64,000 bases of DNA from Candidatus Aminicenantes bacterium (GTDB lineage: Bacteria > Acidobacteriota > Aminicenantia > Aminicenantales > UBA4085). The stretch covers positions 103,497-167,496 of the forward strand of contig PLMN01000009.1 of assembly GCA_003141555.1 (NCBI GenBank). Reading direction: 5' to 3'. The stretch's first letter is position 1, and every line of letters begins with the position of its first letter. This document shows positions 51,394 to 61,346 of the stretch, one piece after another. Under the pieces are notes generated by a model. The model saw only the letters and a program-made list of their open reading frames with translations. It was not told the origin of the DNA and did no database searches. The position numbers and the translations under genes are program-made.

Positions 51394-53880
51394 ATGAGGC
51401 AAAACGGCGAATTCCTGACCGAGGCCCAGCTCAGGGCCGAGATCGAAGCGTGTGAATACTGCCGGGAGAAGCCCTGCCGCGAGGCCTGCCCGGCCGACGT
51501 CTCCCCGGCCGACTTCATCATGGCCGTGCGATTAGGCGCGCCCTCCGATTATCGGCGCGCCGCGGCCCTGATCCTGGGCGCCAACCCCCTCGGCGGCGTG
51601 TGCGGCGCCGTCTGCCCCGATAAGTACTGCGTCCAGGCCTGCGCCAAAGCACCCGTGGACCGCCCGGTTCGCATCCCGGCGGTCCAAGCCGAGATCGTCC
51701 GCCGGGCCAAAAAGCTGAAGGCCCTGCCCAGTTTCCCTGCCGCGCCGGAATCGGGCCAGCGCGCCGCCGTGATCGGCGCCGGGCCGGCCGGGCTCGCGGC
51801 GGCGGCCCTTCTGGCCCGGAGCGGGCTGGCCGTGGACGTCTTTGAGCGCGAAGCCCGCGCCGGCGGCATGGCCAACCTCATTCCCGACGACCGGCTGCCC
51901 AAGGAAGTCCTGCGCTCGGACATCCGCTTCCTTGCCGGGCTGGGCCGCATCCGCATCCGCTTCCGCCGGCCCGTGGACGATCCCCGCTCCCTCCTTGAGC
52001 AGGGCTTCGCCGCCGTCGTCGTCGCCACCGGGCTGGACGTTCCTCTGCGCCTGGGGATTCCCGGCGAAGAGCAGGCCCAAGACTGGATCCGCTTTTTATC
52101 CCAATCGACCCGCAAGTCCCCGGCCGGCCGCCGACTGGCCGTCATCGGCGGCGGAGCCGTGGCCGCCGACTGTGCCGAGACGGCCGCCCGTCAGAGAGCC
52201 TCGGTCGAGATGATCTGCCTGGAAACCCCCGGGGAGATGCCCCTGACGCCCGAGGAGCGAGACGGTCTGCTGAAGGCCGGCGTGCTGATCACCGGCCGCT
52301 CCGCCGTGACCGCGATCCGCGCCGCCGCCGGCGGGAATCTCGCCCGCATCCAGCCGATGCGCCTGCCGCCGGGCCGGACTTTCAGCCCTCGCCTCATGAC
52401 CCCTGATCCCCGCCAGCCGGCCTTTTCTCGGAGCTACGACGAGATCGTCGTCGCCATCGGCGCCCGCTCCCGGCTCACCGTTCAGGATGGCCCCGGGCTC
52501 TATTATGCCGGGGACATGGCCGAGGGGCCGGGCACGGTCGTCGCCGCCGTGGCCTCGGGCAAGAACGCCGCCCAACGCGCGCTCGACGGGCTCGCCCGCA
52601 AGCGCACTCCGAAGCAAACCGCGGGCAAGAGCCGCATCATCCTGCCCGGCCACAACCTGCGACCCGTCCCCCTCGATGCGGATTTCTTCGGCCGGACGAT
52701 CCTTTCGCCGTTCCTGCTCTCGGCCTCGCCGGCCAGCGACGGCGCCGACCAGCTCCGCCTCGCCTATCGGGCCGGCTGGGCGGGCGGCGTCCTGAAGACG
52801 GCCTTTGACGGCGTGCCGATCCACATTCCCGCCGACTATATGTTCGTCTTTAACCAAGGCACCTACGGTAATTGCGATAACGTCTCGGGGCACGCTCTGG
52901 ACCGCGTCTGCCGCGAGATTGAAGAGCTCGGCCGCGAGTTCCCCGAGCGGCTGACCGTGGCTTCGACCGGCGGCCCGGTCACGGGAGCCGCCGAGGCCGA
53001 CCGCGCGGTCTGGCAGGCCAATACGCGAAAGTTCGAGGCGGCGGGAGCCATGGCCATCGAATACAGCCTGTCCTGCCCCCAAGGCGGGGACGGCACGCGC
53101 GGCGATATCGTCTCCCAGGACGCCGATTTGACCGCCCAAATCATCGAATGGGTTCTGTCGGGGGCTTCGCGGCCGGAGGTGCCGAAGCTCTTCAAACTGA
53201 CCGGGGCGGTGACGGCTATCGCCCCGATCCTGAAGGCCATCCGGGCCGTTTTCGACCGCCACCCCCAGCATAGCGCCGGGGTGACGCTGGCCAACTCCTT
53301 CCCCGGCCTCGCCTTCCGGCCGGGAGCGAAGAAAAAATGGGACGAGGGGATCGTCATCGGCATGTCCGGCGAGGGTATCCTTCCCATCAGTTGCCTGACC
53401 CTGGCCAAGGCGGCCGGCCTCGGCGTCCCCATTTCGGGCAACGGCGGCCCGATGAACTATCGCCAGGCCGCCGATTTCCTAGCCCTCGGGGCCGAAACGG
53501 TCCAGTTCTGCACGCTCGTCCTGCACTATGGAGTCGAGATCGTCGAGGACCTGCACGCCGGGCTGAGCGGCCTCCTGGAAAGCCTGGGCCTCGGCTCCGT
53601 CTCCGAGCTGATCGGGCGGGCCCTGCCCCATCCGATCCGCGATTTCCCCGACCTGACTGCGGAGAAACGGATTTCGACCGTTGAGCGCCGCCTCTGCGTC
53701 CACTGCGGCAATTGCAGCCGCTGCCCCTATCAGGCGATCGAGCTCAGCCGCCGCGGGATCCCTCATACCGATCCGGCGCGCTGCATCGGCTGCTCGCTCT
53801 GCGTTCAGCGCTGCTTCGCCGGGGCGCTTTCGATGCGCGAGCGGAGCGCCGCCGAGCGCGCCGCACTTCGGGAGGATTAA
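51394..53880 (+). CDS. Fused PreT-PreA-like Fe-S flavoenzyme (dihydropyrimidine dehydrogenase-like reductase)
   Basis: N-terminal CxxC...PC..ACP and CGAVCP...C, GAGPAG and GGGAVA Rossmann motifs; DHOD-like barrel (GW.GGVLKT, SLSCP, KLT); C-terminal 2x[4Fe-4S] ferredoxin. Confidence 0.85.
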   Translation: MRQNGEFLTEAQLRAEIEACEYCREKPCREACPADVSPADFIMAVRLGAPSDYRRAAALILGANPLGGVCGAVCPDKYCVQACAKAPVDRPVRIPAVQAEIVRRAKKLKALPSFPAAPESGQRAAVIGAGPAGLAAAALLARSGLAVDVFEREARAGGMANLIPDDRLPKEVLRSDIRFLAGLGRIRIRFRRPVDDPRSLLEQGFAAVVVATGLDVPLRLGIPGEEQAQDWIRFLSQSTRKSPAGRRLAVIGGGAVAADCAETAARQRASVEMICLETPGEMPLTPEERDGLLKAGVLITGRSAVTAIRAAAGGNLARIQPMRLPPGRTFSPRLMTPDPRQPAFSRSYDEIVVAIGARSRLTVQDGPGLYYAGDMAEGPGTVVAAVASGKNAAQRALDGLARKRTPKQTAGKSRIILPGHNLRPVPLDADFFGRTILSPFLLSASPASDGADQLRLAYRAGWAGGVLKTAFDGVPIHIPADYMFVFNQGTYGNCDNVSGHALDRVCREIEELGREFPERLTVASTGGPVTGAAEADRAVWQANTRKFEAAGAMAIEYSLSCPQGGDGTRGDIVSQDADLTAQIIEWVLSGASRPEVPKLFKLTGAVTAIAPILKAIRAVFDRHPQHSAGVTLANSFPGLAFRPGAKKKWDEGIVIGMSGEGILPISCLTLAKAAGLGVPISGNGGPMNYRQAADFLALGAETVQFCTLVLHYGVEIVEDLHAGLSGLLESLGLGSVSELIGRALPHPIRDFPDLTAEKRISTVERRLCVHCGNCSRCPYQAIELSRRGIPHTDPARCIGCSLCVQRCFAGALSMRERSAAERAALRED

Positions 53881-55233
53881 ATGGCGAAACCGACGGACCG
53901 GCAACCCGAACGCCTGCTGATCATTAACGGCCCGATCTTCACCGGCGGCGCGGATTTCGCCCTGCTCGAAGGGCACGGCCTCCTGCTCGAGGAGGGCCGT
54001 ATCGCCAAGATCGCCCCGCTGCGCAAGCTTCGGTCCCAGGGCACGCGCCAGATCGACGCCCGGGGCAAGCTGATCATGCCCGGCCTGATCAACGCCCATA
54101 TGCATTTCTATAGCACGCTGGTGCGCGGGCTGGGCAAGGCCGCGCCGGCCCACGATTTCGACGGCGTGCTGCACAACCTCTGGTGGCGGCTCGACCGCAA
54201 GCTGACGCTCGAAGACACCTACTACAGCGCCTTGATCATGATGCTGGCCGCCGTGCGCAGCGGTACGACGACCTTGATCGACCACCACGCCAGCCCCGGG
54301 GCGATCCCGGGCTCCCTGAAGCGGATCGCCCGGGCGGGATCGGAGACCGGCCTGCGCATCGGCTTGGCATACGAAATTTCGGACCGGGACGGCGCTAAAG
54401 CCGCCGCTGAAGGACTAACCGAGAACGCCGAAGCCGTGCTCTATTGCCGTGATCACGGCGGCGAACACCTGCGGGCCTTGGTCGGCCTGCACGCCTCGTT
54501 CACCCTCTCGGATCTGACCCTGGCGCGCGCCGCAACCCTGGCCGCCGATTTGGGCGTAGGCTGCCATATCCACTGCGCCGAGGCGGCGAGCGACCAGGAG
54601 GACTGCCTGGCGAAGCACAAGATGCGCGTCGTTGAGCGCCTGAAGCGCCGCGGCATCCTCGGCCCGAAGACGATCGCCGCTCATGCCGTGCATGTCGACA
54701 GGATCGAAATCGAGACGCTGGCCGACTCCGACACCATGGTCGTCCACAACCCGCAGTCCAACCTGAACAACGCCGTGGGCATCGCCGACATCGTGGCCAT
54801 GAAGGCCGCCGGGGTCCTGGTCGGGCTGGGCACGGACGCCATGACCGTGGATATGCTCGAAGAGCTGCGGGTGGCGCTCTGGGCCCAGCATTACGGCCGG
54901 CGCGACCCCGCCCAGGGCTTTGCGGAGGCGACCGGAGCCCTGTTCTCGGGCAACCCGGCCATCGCCGAGCGCATCTGGGGACTGCCTTTGGGCAGGATCC
55001 GCGAGGGAGGGCCGGCCGACGTGATCCTGGTCGACTACGATCCGCCCACGCCGCTCGACGCCGGCTCCGTCCTGGGACATATCGTCTTCGGCGTGTCTCA
55101 GTCGGCGGTGGACACCACGATCGTCGCCGGGCGCGTCCTGATGGAAAACAAGGCCTTGAAGCTGGACATCGACGAGGGGCGCGTCGCCGCCCGCAGCCGC
55201 GAGCTGGCGACGGCCCTCTGGCAGCGTTTCTGA
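53881..55233 (+). CDS. ssnA: SsnA-like aminohydrolase
   Basis: PGLINAHMHFYS, LWWRLDR.L, GTTTLIDHHASP, GLHASFTLSD, HNPQSNLNNAVG, GLGTD. Confidence 0.9.
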   Translation: MAKPTDRQPERLLIINGPIFTGGADFALLEGHGLLLEEGRIAKIAPLRKLRSQGTRQIDARGKLIMPGLINAHMHFYSTLVRGLGKAAPAHDFDGVLHNLWWRLDRKLTLEDTYYSALIMMLAAVRSGTTTLIDHHASPGAIPGSLKRIARAGSETGLRIGLAYEISDRDGAKAAAEGLTENAEAVLYCRDHGGEHLRALVGLHASFTLSDLTLARAATLAADLGVGCHIHCAEAASDQEDCLAKHKMRVVERLKRRGILGPKTIAAHAVHVDRIEIETLADSDTMVVHNPQSNLNNAVGIADIVAMKAAGVLVGLGTDAMTVDMLEELRVALWAQHYGRRDPAQGFAEATGALFSGNPAIAERIWGLPLGRIREGGPADVILVDYDPPTPLDAGSVLGHIVFGVSQSAVDTTIVAGRVLMENKALKLDIDEGRVAARSRELATALWQRF

Positions 55234-55249
55234 AAGGCGAGGCGAAGCA

Positions 55250-56518
55250 ATGATCGATTATGCGGCGATCCTGGAGCGGGCCCATAAAGGCGAACAAGAG
55301 CTGGTCGATTTCCTGGTCGACCTGTTGGCCATCCCCTCCCCTTCCGGCAAGGAAGGGCGGGTCACGGAGCGGATCGCCGCCGAAATGCGCCGGCTCGGCT
55401 TCGACGAGGCGCGCATCGACGGGCTGGGCAACGTGATCGGCCGCATCGGGAACGGCCCGCGCCTTGTCGCCTTCGATGCCCACGTGGATACCGTCGAGGC
55501 CGGCGACCGGACGCAGTGGTCGTTCGATCCCTTCCAGCCGCGCGTCTCCGAGGGCAAAGTCTGGGGACGCGGTGCCGCCGACCAGAAGAGCGGCCTGGCG
55601 AGCATGGTCCACGCCGGACGCATCATCCGGGAGCTGGGCCTGGGTCGGAGTTTCACCCTGCTCTTCGTCGGCAGCGTCCAGGAAGAAGATTGCGAAGGGA
55701 TGGCCTGGAAATACCTGGTCGAGGAGGAGAAAATCCGGCCGGAGCTGGTCGTGCTCACCGAGCCGACCAGCCTCGCCATCTACCGCGGCCACCGCGGCCG
55801 GATGGAGATCGAGGTCGAGGTCCGCGGCCGGAGCTGCCACGCCTCGGCGCCGGAGCGTGGCGACAACGCCGCTTACAAGGGCGCCCGTATCGCCTTGGAG
55901 ATCGAGAAGTTGAACGAGAGGCTGGCAACCGACGTCTTCCTCGGCAAGGGCACGGTCGCCGTGACCGAGATCGCCTCCGGCTCGCCTTCGCTCTGCGCCG
56001 TGCCCGACACCACCCGCCTGCACCTCGACCGGCGCCTGACCGCCGGCGAGACCAAGACGAGCGCCGTCGCCGAAGTGCGCGAAGCGGCCGGCCGGGCCGG
56101 CATCCCCGAGGCCGAAGTGATCGTGCCCGAGTATCGCGTTCCCTCCTACACGGGGAAGATCGTTCCTTATGAAAAGTATTTTCCCACGTGGGTTCTCGAG
56201 GAAAGCTCCTCCTGGCTGAAGTCCGCCGCCGCGGCCTACGCCAGTCTCTTCGGAAAGGAGCCGAAAATCGACAAGTGGACCTTCAGCACCAACGGCGTCG
56301 GCATCATGCCCGTCTATGGCATCCCCTGCCTGGGATTCGGCCCCGGACACGAGCCGCAGGCACACGCCGCCGACGAGTACTGCCCCGTCCGGCATCTCCC
56401 CCTCGCCGCGGCCTTCTATGCGGCCCTGGTGGCTGCACTATCGGATAAAAGCGCGGCGCTTTCGGGCAAAGCCGCGCCGATGCCGGCTAAAGACCCGGCA
56501 TCGGTGGGCAAGGGCTGA
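55250..56518 (+). CDS. ygeY: YgeY-family M20 hydrolase
   Basis: DAHVDTV, GRGAADQK, VQEEDCEG, TEPT, GHRGRMEI, SCHASAPERGDNA, WTFSTNGV, GFGPG.E..AH. Confidence 0.9.
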   Translation: MIDYAAILERAHKGEQELVDFLVDLLAIPSPSGKEGRVTERIAAEMRRLGFDEARIDGLGNVIGRIGNGPRLVAFDAHVDTVEAGDRTQWSFDPFQPRVSEGKVWGRGAADQKSGLASMVHAGRIIRELGLGRSFTLLFVGSVQEEDCEGMAWKYLVEEEKIRPELVVLTEPTSLAIYRGHRGRMEIEVEVRGRSCHASAPERGDNAAYKGARIALEIEKLNERLATDVFLGKGTVAVTEIASGSPSLCAVPDTTRLHLDRRLTAGETKTSAVAEVREAAGRAGIPEAEVIVPEYRVPSYTGKIVPYEKYFPTWVLEESSSWLKSAAAAYASLFGKEPKIDKWTFSTNGVGIMPVYGIPCLGFGPGHEPQAHAADEYCPVRHLPLAAAFYAALVAALSDKSAALSGKAAPMPAKDPASVGKG

Positions 56519-56529
56519 TCCCGCACATC

Positions 56530-57756
56530 ATGACCGAATTTCAATATCGCTGCAGCCGCTGCGGCCGGACCTACGGACGGGACGAGGTCCGCTACTTGTG
56601 TCCCGAGTGCGGCCGCGACTATGCGCCCGGGATGCCGCTCATCGGCGTGCTCGAGGTCGAATTCGACTACCGCGACATCGCCAGACGCTTCGATCGCTCC
56701 AGGCCCGACTGGGACCTCTTCTCTCCGGTGGAGTGGGAATATTTCCCCGTCTATCCGGCGGGCAACACGCCCTTCGCCCCGGCGCCGCGGCTGGGCGAAC
56801 GCCTGGGCCGGCCGCGGCTCTGGATCAAGAACGACGGCCTCAATCCCAGCGGCTCGCTCAAGGACCGCGCCTCGCTCCTCGTCGTGGCCGAGGCGGCGCG
56901 CCTCAACGAAACGAAGGTCGTCTGCGCCTCGACCGGCAATGCCGCGAGCTCCCTGGCCGCCGTCTGCGCCGCCGCCGGCCGCCGGGCCGTCATCTTCGTC
57001 CCCCAGTCGGCGCCCCGGGCCAAGCTCATCCAGATGCTGATCTGCGGCGCCCGCGTCATTCCGGTGCGCGGCAGCTACGACGACGCCTTCCGGTTATCCC
57101 TTGAATACACGCAGCTGCGCGGCGGCCTGAACCGCAACACCGCTTATCACCCGCTGACGATCGAGGGCAAGAAGACCGCCGGCCTGGAGATTTTCGCCCA
57201 GAACGGGTTGCGCGTTCCCGATGCCATTCTGGTGCCCGTGGGCGACGGCGTCATCATCAGCGGTATTTACAAGGCCTTCCACGACCTGCGCGCCGCCGGG
57301 CTCTGCGAGCATCTGCCGCGGCTCGTCGCCGTGCAGGCCGAGACCTCGGCCGCGATCCATGACTACATCGTCAGCGGGATCTTCCGTCCGGCGGTCTCCC
57401 CCACGACCATCGCCGATTCGATTTCCGTCTCCGTGCCGAGCAACCCGGACTTGGCCCGCCGCGCCGTGCTGGAGAGCGGCGGGTTTTCGCTCACGGTCAG
57501 CGACGAGCGCATCCTGGAGGCGCAGGCGCTGCTGGCCGGCCGGACGGGGGTTTTCGCCGAGCCCGCCGCGGCGGCGGCTGCAGCCGCCCTCCTCTCCGAC
57601 GAAGCCCGCCAACGGCTCGATCCCGATTGGCAGGTCGTCCTCCTGGTCACCGGCCACGGATTGAAAGACATCGAAGCTCCGCTTTCGCGCTTACGCATTC
57701 CCGAGGCGGTGCCGGCCGATTTCGCGGCGCTGCCCGAAGACATGCCGGAGAATTAG
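56530..57756 (+). CDS. Threonine synthase-like PLP (fold type II) enzyme with N-terminal Zn ribbon
   Basis: CSRC/CPEC; NPSGSLKDR (PLP Lys), ASTGNA, EGKKT, PVGDG, TGHGLKD. Confidence 0.85.
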   Translation: MTEFQYRCSRCGRTYGRDEVRYLCPECGRDYAPGMPLIGVLEVEFDYRDIARRFDRSRPDWDLFSPVEWEYFPVYPAGNTPFAPAPRLGERLGRPRLWIKNDGLNPSGSLKDRASLLVVAEAARLNETKVVCASTGNAASSLAAVCAAAGRRAVIFVPQSAPRAKLIQMLICGARVIPVRGSYDDAFRLSLEYTQLRGGLNRNTAYHPLTIEGKKTAGLEIFAQNGLRVPDAILVPVGDGVIISGIYKAFHDLRAAGLCEHLPRLVAVQAETSAAIHDYIVSGIFRPAVSPTTIADSISVSVPSNPDLARRAVLESGGFSLTVSDERILEAQALLAGRTGVFAEPAAAAAAAALLSDEARQRLDPDWQVVLLVTGHGLKDIEAPLSRLRIPEAVPADFAALPEDMPEN

Positions 57757-59112
57757 ATGAAGACCCTGGTGCGCGGCGGCACGATCTATTCGCGGGGGCA
57801 AGCGGCTTCCGGAGACGTGCTGATCGAGGACGGCGTCATCGTCGCCGTCGGAGACTGCCGCGGATTGACCGGAGGCGCGCGCATCGTCGAGGCCGGCGGT
57901 TGCCATGTGCTGCCGGGGCTCATCGACCTGCACGTCCATATCGACGACACCATCGGCCGCTTTCGCCTGGCGGACACCTGGGCAAGCGCGAGCCGCACCG
58001 CGGCTGCCGCGGGGATCACCACCCTCGGCGGCTTCATCACCCAAAGGCCGGAAGAGTCGCTCTCCTCGGCCGTCGAGCGCGCCTTCGAACGGGCCGCCGG
58101 CCGCTCCTTCTGCGACTACCTCTGGCACCTGACGCCGACCCGCTTTGCCGCGGACGATTGGACGGAAATCGAGCGGCACCTCGAGTCGGGCTGGCTCACC
58201 TTCAAGTTCTACACGACCTACCGCGAGATCGGCCTCTACACGTCCTACGAGCGTCTGGCCGAGATCGCCGAGCGCCTGTCGCCGGGCGGGGCGCGCCTCC
58301 TGGTCCACGCCGAGGACGAGGATATCCTGGCCGAGGCACGGGCTTTGATCGGCAACGGGCCGCTTCGCGCGGCGGACCACGGCCGTCTGCGACCGCCCGA
58401 GGCCGAGCTGCGGGCGGTCGAGCTCGTGGCCGAAATCGCGGATGAGACCGGGGCCTGGTTCCACATCGTCCACGTTTCGACGCCGGAGGCGGCGGAGGCC
58501 ATCGGCCCCGGCCGCGACGGGGCGCGCCTCACTTGCGAGACCGCGCCGCACTATCTTTTTCTCGACGACTCCTGGCTGAAGCGCCCCGACGGCCACCGCT
58601 GGCTGTGCACTCCGCCGCTGCGCGACGCGGCCCGCGCCGCCCGCCTGCGCGAGATGGCGCGCGAGGGCGCCTTCGACACCTTCGCCACCGACCACTGCCC
58701 CTACACCCTCGAGGACAAGGACAGCGGCCGAGGGGACCTGCGCTCCGCGCCGATGGGCTTGGCCGGGATCGGGGCGATGCCCCGGCTGATCTTCGCCCTG
58801 GATCGGGAGCTCCCGGAGCAGGCCTTCGCCAGGATGAGCCTCCATCTGGCGGATAATCCCGCGCGCCTGGCCGGCCTCGAGGGACGCAAGGGCGCGCTGG
58901 CCCCGGGCTTGGACGCGGACGTGGCCGTGTTCGAGGTGGCGGACCGCGAAGAGCCCTTGCATTCGGGAGGCGTCGGCAGCCCGGAAACGTACCCCGGTTT
59001 CCACAGCCCGTTGTGGCTGCGCCATCTTTTCCTGCGCGGCCGGCCGCTGGTCTCCGACGGCGCATGGAGCGGGACCGATCCGGCCCCGGGTAGGTGCCTA
59101 TGGACGATCTGA
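57757..59112 (+). CDS. Cyclic amidohydrolase (dihydropyrimidinase/hydantoinase HyuA-like)
   Basis: PGLIDLHVH, FKFYTTY (carbamylated Lys), VHAE, HIVHVS, ETAPHYL, PPLR, TDHCPY. Confidence 0.85.
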   Translation: MKTLVRGGTIYSRGQAASGDVLIEDGVIVAVGDCRGLTGGARIVEAGGCHVLPGLIDLHVHIDDTIGRFRLADTWASASRTAAAAGITTLGGFITQRPEESLSSAVERAFERAAGRSFCDYLWHLTPTRFAADDWTEIERHLESGWLTFKFYTTYREIGLYTSYERLAEIAERLSPGGARLLVHAEDEDILAEARALIGNGPLRAADHGRLRPPEAELRAVELVAEIADETGAWFHIVHVSTPEAAEAIGPGRDGARLTCETAPHYLFLDDSWLKRPDGHRWLCTPPLRDAARAARLREMAREGAFDTFATDHCPYTLEDKDSGRGDLRSAPMGLAGIGAMPRLIFALDRELPEQAFARMSLHLADNPARLAGLEGRKGALAPGLDADVAVFEVADREEPLHSGGVGSPETYPGFHSPLWLRHLFLRGRPLVSDGAWSGTDPAPGRCLWTI

Positions 59113-61346
59113 AGGACAAGGCCTGGAGGAACGACGCCGCGGCCAAGGTAACCGGGCGCGCCCGCTACACCGATGACCTCAAGCTGCCGGGCATGCTCCA
59201 TGCCGTTCCCGTCTACAGCGAATTCGTCCACGCCAGGCTGATCGAGGTCGACTCGGCGGCCGCGGCGAAATCGCCCGGCGTCGTGCGCATCATCACCGCG
59301 CGCGACGTCCCCGGCGTCAACCGGTGCGGACAGATCCTGAAGGACCTCCATGTTCTGGCCGACGACAAGATCCGCTACAACGGCGACGTCGCGGCCGTGG
59401 TCGTAGCCGAAACTCGGGCCCAGGCCGTCGCCGCCGCGCGGCGCGTGCGCGTGCTCGCCGCGCCGTGGCCGGAGGTCCTCGATCCCGAGCAGGCCCTGCT
59501 TCCGGGCGCGCCGCTCGTCCACGAGGAGCACGGCTCGAACCTCATCCACCGCCACGTGATCCGACGCGGCGACATCGACCGCGGTTTCGCTGAGTCGGCC
59601 CACATCATCGAACAGGAGTTCCGCACGCCTTTCGTCGAGCACGCCTATCTCGAGCCCGAGGCCGCACTCTGCCGCGTGCGCGGCGACGGCATCGTCGAGG
59701 TGCGGGGCAGCATGCAGCACCCCTATTCCACCCGCCGTTTCGTCTCCGAATTCCTCGGCTTGCCCCTGGCCCGCGTCGAGGTCGTGGGCACGCCCATGGG
59801 CGGCGGCTTCGGCGGCAAGGACGACACGGCGGCGCTCGTCTGCGCCCGAACCGCCCTCGCCGCGCTCCTGACCGGGCGGCCGGTCAAAATGACCTACGAC
59901 CGCGAGTGGTCGATGCGCGAGAGCTACAAGCGGCATCCTTATCTTATGCGCTACCGCATGGGCGTCGGTGCCGACGGCCTCATCAAAGCCGTGTACGTCC
60001 GCATGGTGGCCGACGGCGGCGCCTACTGCTCGGTCTCGCCCTGGGTGACCTGGCGCTCGACCGTGCAGTGCTGCGGCCCCTACGTCGTCCCAAACGTGGA
60101 CGGCGAGGTCTCGAGCGTCTACACGAATAACGTCTTCACCGGCGCCATGCGCGGCTTCGGCTCGCCGCAGGTGAATTTTGCGATCGAGCAGCTCGTCGAG
60201 ATGGCAGCCGAGAAGGCGGGCCTGTCCGGCGTCGAATTCCGCCGGCGGAACATGGTCCGCCAGGGCAGCACGACGATCACGGGCCAGGTCCTCGAGGGCC
60301 ACGTCGTCAGCCTGTCCCAGGTCTTCGACCGCGTGCTGGCCGAGAGCGGCTACGAAGAGAAGCTCAAGCGCGCGTCCCGCGGCCGGGGCGAGGACGATTA
60401 TTACGGCATCGGCCTGGCCCTGAGCTACCGGGGCGTCAGCCTCGGCGCCGAGGGTACGGATTTCTGCGCCGCCGTGGTCAGCGTCCAGTATGACGGCTCG
60501 GTCCTTCTCGAGACCGGGGTCCACGAAAACGGCCAGGGCGCCGAGAGCGCCATGATCCTGATCCTGGCCGAAGAGCTTGGCGTGGAGCGCGGCCGCATCG
60601 TCTATCGCCGCTCGTCGACCTCGAGCGTCCCCGACAGCGCCACGACGGTCGCTTCGCGGGGGACGATCATGGGCGGCGGGGCCGTCAGCCGCGCTGCAGC
60701 CGCAGTGCGCTTGCAGATGGCGGGCGCCATCGCCGCCGAGCTCGGCTGCGCGCCCGAAGAAGTTCGATTTGCCGGCGGCCGCCTGACCGCGCCGAACGGT
60801 AAGAGCGTCGATTTCACCGAAGCGGCGCGGCGCCTCTACCGCGACCAGAAATATCCCTACGCGCTCGGCGTTTTCCCCGCCCCGCACGTGACCTGGGACG
60901 AGCACACGGGCCAGGGCAAAGCCTATTTCACCTGGGTCTATGGCTGCCAGGCCGTGGAATTGACGGTCGGCCGCCGAACCGGCCGGATCAAGCTCCTCAA
61001 CGCCTGGGCCGCACACGATGTCGGCCGGGCCGTCAACAGCGCCGCGCTCCTCGGCCAGTTCTATGGCGGCATGGCCATGGGTGCCGGCTATGGCCTGTTC
61101 GAGGAACTGGCGATGAAAGACGGCCATCTGACTTCCCTCAACTACGACACCTACCGCATCCCGCGCGCGACCGACATGCCCGAGATGACGGCCATCATCC
61201 TCGAAAACCGCGATCCCCTGTCGCCCTCGGGCGCGAAGAGCATCGGCGAGCCGGCCAACGAACTCATGGCGCCGGCCATCGCCAACGCCTATTTCCACGC
61301 CACGGGGCAAAGGCGCTTCGAGCTCCCCGTCGGGAGGGTCAGATGA
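59100..61346 (+). CDS. Xanthine dehydrogenase-family molybdopterin-binding subunit
   Basis: KVTGRARYTDD, EHAYLEPE, GGGFGGK, AMRGFGSPQ, GQG, ASR, KSIGE. Confidence 0.92.
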   Translation: MDDLKDKAWRNDAAAKVTGRARYTDDLKLPGMLHAVPVYSEFVHARLIEVDSAAAAKSPGVVRIITARDVPGVNRCGQILKDLHVLADDKIRYNGDVAAVVVAETRAQAVAAARRVRVLAAPWPEVLDPEQALLPGAPLVHEEHGSNLIHRHVIRRGDIDRGFAESAHIIEQEFRTPFVEHAYLEPEAALCRVRGDGIVEVRGSMQHPYSTRRFVSEFLGLPLARVEVVGTPMGGGFGGKDDTAALVCARTALAALLTGRPVKMTYDREWSMRESYKRHPYLMRYRMGVGADGLIKAVYVRMVADGGAYCSVSPWVTWRSTVQCCGPYVVPNVDGEVSSVYTNNVFTGAMRGFGSPQVNFAIEQLVEMAAEKAGLSGVEFRRRNMVRQGSTTITGQVLEGHVVSLSQVFDRVLAESGYEEKLKRASRGRGEDDYYGIGLALSYRGVSLGAEGTDFCAAVVSVQYDGSVLLETGVHENGQGAESAMILILAEELGVERGRIVYRRSSTSSVPDSATTVASRGTIMGGGAVSRAAAAVRLQMAGAIAAELGCAPEEVRFAGGRLTAPNGKSVDFTEAARRLYRDQKYPYALGVFPAPHVTWDEHTGQGKAYFTWVYGCQAVELTVGRRTGRIKLLNAWAAHDVGRAVNSAALLGQFYGGMAMGAGYGLFEELAMKDGHLTSLNYDTYRIPRATDMPEMTAIILENRDPLSPSGAKSIGEPANELMAPAIANAYFHATGQRRFELPVGRVR

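Noticed and set aside
58701-61310. 869-aa minus-strand ORF opposite the Mo subunit
   Set aside because: Shadow ORF with no independent evidence.
47867-61346. Selenocysteine recoding in the AOR, the reductase or the Mo hydroxylase
   Set aside because: All three reading frames are open and motif-complete with no in-frame TGA.
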